The position numbers were made by a program, and so were the translations under genes. Positions 61,786 through 64,000 of a stretch of DNA of 64,000 nucleotides are shown one piece after another. How positions within the stretch are numbered: position 1 is the first letter of the stretch; every line of letters begins with the position of its first letter. Under the pieces are notes generated by a model that was not told the origin of the DNA, made no database searches, and worked only from the letters and a program-made list of their open reading frames with translations. The stretch is taken from NCBI GenBank assembly GCA_038245295.1, contig JBBRSP010000008.1:1-64000 (forward strand), written 5' to 3'. This DNA comes from Candidatus Binatia bacterium (GTDB lineage Bacteria; Desulfobacterota; Binatia; HRBIN30).

Positions 61786-62451
61786 ATGACCTGGTTGCTT
61801 CCGTACTTTGTCGGCGGGCTGTTTGGCTCGACGCACTGCCTCGGCATGTGTGGCGGTTTTCCGATCGCGCTGGCGGCGGGGGTGACGCCGAATCGGACCC
61901 GACAAGTGCTTTACAACCTCGGGCGTTTGAACACCCTGCTCTTTGTTGGCGCGCTAGCCGGCGCCTTCGGTGCCGTACTCGTGGCGCAGGGGCCGGCCTT
62001 ATGGATGGAGCGTCTCCTGGCGGTCGCTGGCGGCACGTTGATGTTGGTTTTTGGCGCCGAGCAACTGGGTTTGTTCGCCATCGTGACGCCGCGCCTGGCG
62101 GCGTTTCTGCATCGCCATCTCGGCGGCATATTGCGCGCGCTCATCACGTGGCGCTCGCCACTTGCGCCCCTGATCTTCGGCGCCATCAACGAGCTCTTAC
62201 CCTGCCACTTGATCTATGCATTTGCGGCACAGGCGGCGGTAACCGGCTCGGCCATCGACGGTCTCCTGGTGATGGGGGCGTTTGGCCTTGGCACGGCGCC
62301 GGCGATGTTGGGGATAGGACTGCTGCCGTCGGCGGTCTCGCCGCGCCTGCGTCAGCGCGTTTTCCGTCTGTCCGGCTACCTTGTCCTGCTGCTCGGCGTG
62401 ATCACCATCGCGCGCGCCTTCGGCGGCACGACCCACACACATCACCACTGA
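61786..62451 (+). CDS. DsbD_2 / sulfite exporter TauE-SafE-like membrane protein (often linked to heme-copper oxidase biogenesis)
   Basis: HCLGMCGG, YNLGR, LLPC.LIY, M.AFGLGT.P; His-rich C-terminus. Confidence 0.88.
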   Translation: MTWLLPYFVGGLFGSTHCLGMCGGFPIALAAGVTPNRTRQVLYNLGRLNTLLFVGALAGAFGAVLVAQGPALWMERLLAVAGGTLMLVFGAEQLGLFAIVTPRLAAFLHRHLGGILRALITWRSPLAPLIFGAINELLPCHLIYAFAAQAAVTGSAIDGLLVMGAFGLGTAPAMLGIGLLPSAVSPRLRQRVFRLSGYLVLLLGVITIARAFGGTTHTHHH

Positions 62452-62563
62452 TCAAATCACGCCGGTCGATCTATTCATCTGGGAACTGAGAGCTGCGTGC
62501 GCCCTCTCCCGGGTGCAAAGCGGCTTTGCACGTAAATTCGACGATCAACCAGCGCTCAGCTCA

Positions 62564-62642
62564 CCGCAGGCTGAAGCCTGCGCCTACCACACTGAATACG
62601 CTGGTGAGTTGGAAACCGGTAGGCGCAGGCTTCAGCCTGCGG
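62564..62642. repeat. inverted pair of GTAG-type REP sequences (REPIN-like), copy 2
   Basis: Perfect 25-bp arms CCGCAGGCTGAAGCCTGCGCCTACC / GGTAGGCGCAGGCTTCAGCCTGCGG. Confidence 0.9.
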
Positions 62643-62713
62643 AGTCCTCCCACGCGAATTGCCGTGCAAAGCCGCGAGAGGGGAGGGCGCGCCGATAGGT
62701 CCAATCCGGGTTG

Positions 62714-63052
62714 CTAGCGCGCCAGCCCGATGGCGACCAGCAGCAGCGCCGTGATGACGAACTTGATGAAGGCGATGACCGCGCTGGCGATGAACCAGTT
62801 GCTCCATGAAAAGCTGCGGTTGTACGAGAGCGCCGCAAGGGTGCCCGGTACGATCATCAGATAGCTGAGGGTGATGCGACGAAAGTGACCGTGCGCCGGC
62901 TGTAGCCATACCGGACCGTCGATAAACACAAAGGCCAGCACGGACAGTGCGACCAGACCAAGGAACTGCGCCCGTGACAGGCTCAGCGCCGTCCAAATGC
63001 CTCGCGAGGGCAGCCCACCGATGAAAGCTGTTCGTTCCACGACAGCCGTCAA
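62714..63052 (-). CDS. small hypothetical membrane protein
   Basis: Three hydrophobic segments in the C-terminal about 110 aa of the 188-aa ORF; start uncertain, TTG 63052 chosen. Confidence 0.6.
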   Translation of the reverse strand: MTAVVERTAFIGGLPSRGIWTALSLSRAQFLGLVALSVLAFVFIDGPVWLQPAHGHFRRITLSYLMIVPGTLAALSYNRSFSWSNWFIASAVIAFIKFVITALLLVAIGLAR

Positions 63053-63199
63053 AGCGAGATCGGTGCCGCCCGTCGTCGCGCGCGCCTTGGCGCTGCAGTC
63101 GCCGGCCGCATTTGCAGGCGCCGGAAGCCTATCGGCAATCCTCGCAGGCCTGGGAACACACGGCGGTCGTGAGTCGGTGGATCTGCGCCATTCGGATTG

Positions 63200-63215
63200 T
63201 GGCACAGGGCTTGTA
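63200..63215 (+). promoter_or_regulatory. probable sigma54 promoter of the cytochrome c gene
   Basis: TGGCACAGGGCTTGTA: perfect -24 box and TTGT variant at -12. Confidence 0.6.
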
Positions 63216-63299
63216 ATGCCTCGTGGCGCGGGTGGTGAACGGATCCCGCCGACGAATGGGTCGGTGTGGGTGGGCCACACGAGAGGAGGCTGAACGACG

Positions 63300-64000
63300 G
63301 TGCGACAATTCTACTTGGTCCTGGCTGCACTCTTTGCCGGGTTTTGGATCGCTCCGGTGGCACACGCCGGCGATCAGTCGACGGCCCTGCGCGAGGAGGG
63401 GGCACAGATCTACGGACGCTATTGCGCCGGCTGCCACGGCATCAAAGGCGATAGCAAGGGCCCGGCGGCGGAGATGTTGATCGTCAAGCCGCGCGATTTC
63501 GGCAGAGGCATCTTCAAGTTCCGCTCGACCCCGACGGGGACGTTGCCGACCGACGAGGACCTCTACAAAGTGATCACGCGTGGCCTGTATCGCACGTCGA
63601 TGCCCGAGTGGGGCTTGTTGAGCGAACGCGAGCGTCTGGCGGTGATCAGCTATCTCAAGACCTTCTACCCCGAGTGGAACCAGCGCGGCGCCGGGACGCC
63701 GATCTACGTGCCGAATGCGCCGGCGAGTCTCGGAACACCCGAGGCCGTCCAACGCGGGCACGAGCTGTACACGATGCTGGGCTGCGATGGTTGCCATGGC
63801 GCGCAAGGGCGCGGCGACGGTACTTCCGCCGCCGACCTGCCTCTCGACGTGTGGGGCAACAAGCAACGCCCGTTCAACTTCACCAAGGGAAGATTGAAGA
63901 GCGGCTCGCGGCCCCAAGATATCTATCGCACGTTCATGACCGGGCTGGACGGGACGGCAATGCCTTCGTTTGCCGACATCTTCGGCGAGCCAGATGGGGA
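63300..64000 (+). CDS. exported c-type cytochrome with at least two hemes (truncated by window end)
   Basis: Manual translation from GTG 63300 (AGGAGG RBS): signal peptide ..AHA, YCAGCHG, PRDF..G.FKFRSTPTG.LPTD.DL, SMP, GCDGCHG, AMPSF; not in the ORF track. Confidence 0.92.
   Translation, partial: MRQFYLVLAALFAGFWIAPVAHAGDQSTALREEGAQIYGRYCAGCHGIKGDSKGPAAEMLIVKPRDFGRGIFKFRSTPTGTLPTDEDLYKVITRGLYRTSMPEWGLLSERERLAVISYLKTFYPEWNQRGAGTPIYVPNAPASLGTPEAVQRGHELYTMLGCDGCHGAQGRGDGTSAADLPLDVWGNKQRPFNFTKGRLKSGSRPQDIYRTFMTGLDGTAMPSFADIFGEPDG

Overview
High-GC bacterial chromosomal window. Gene content (pilB-T-C-S/R-A-G-H-I-D cluster, tmk-holB-ricT-metG-tatD, LLM oxidoreductase, GDCNxD..VTIDE repeat domain) suggests a deltaproteobacteria-like lineage, possibly Candidatus Binatia; this is inference only. 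It holds about 55 CDS: radC/dprA, glyQS-ppdK, a type IV pilus locus with minor pilins, core replication/translation genes, four GT-C-type membrane glycosyltransferases (two are TMTC-like paralogues), a gshA operon, an MgtE-CBS/NRAMP pair, lipid and redox enzymes, and a FixL-like kinase / sigma54 regulator / cytochrome c block at the right end. No rRNA, tRNA, CRISPR array or transposase was recognised. Top finding: at the pilS-pilR position there is one 706-aa ORF in which the PilS membrane sensor and PAS domain are fused directly to a PilR-type sigma54 AAA+/HTH activator, with no kinase or receiver domain. It lies just upstream of a near-consensus sigma54 promoter for pilA and looks like a phosphorylation-free, membrane-tethered one-component pilin regulator. 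Other notable items: a beta-helix/diheme cytochrome fusion with a dockerin-like N-terminus, a DyP peroxidase with GFQKG instead of GxxDG, a sigma54-driven wax ester synthase, and three families of intergenic repeats. All calls are by eye; no searches were run.
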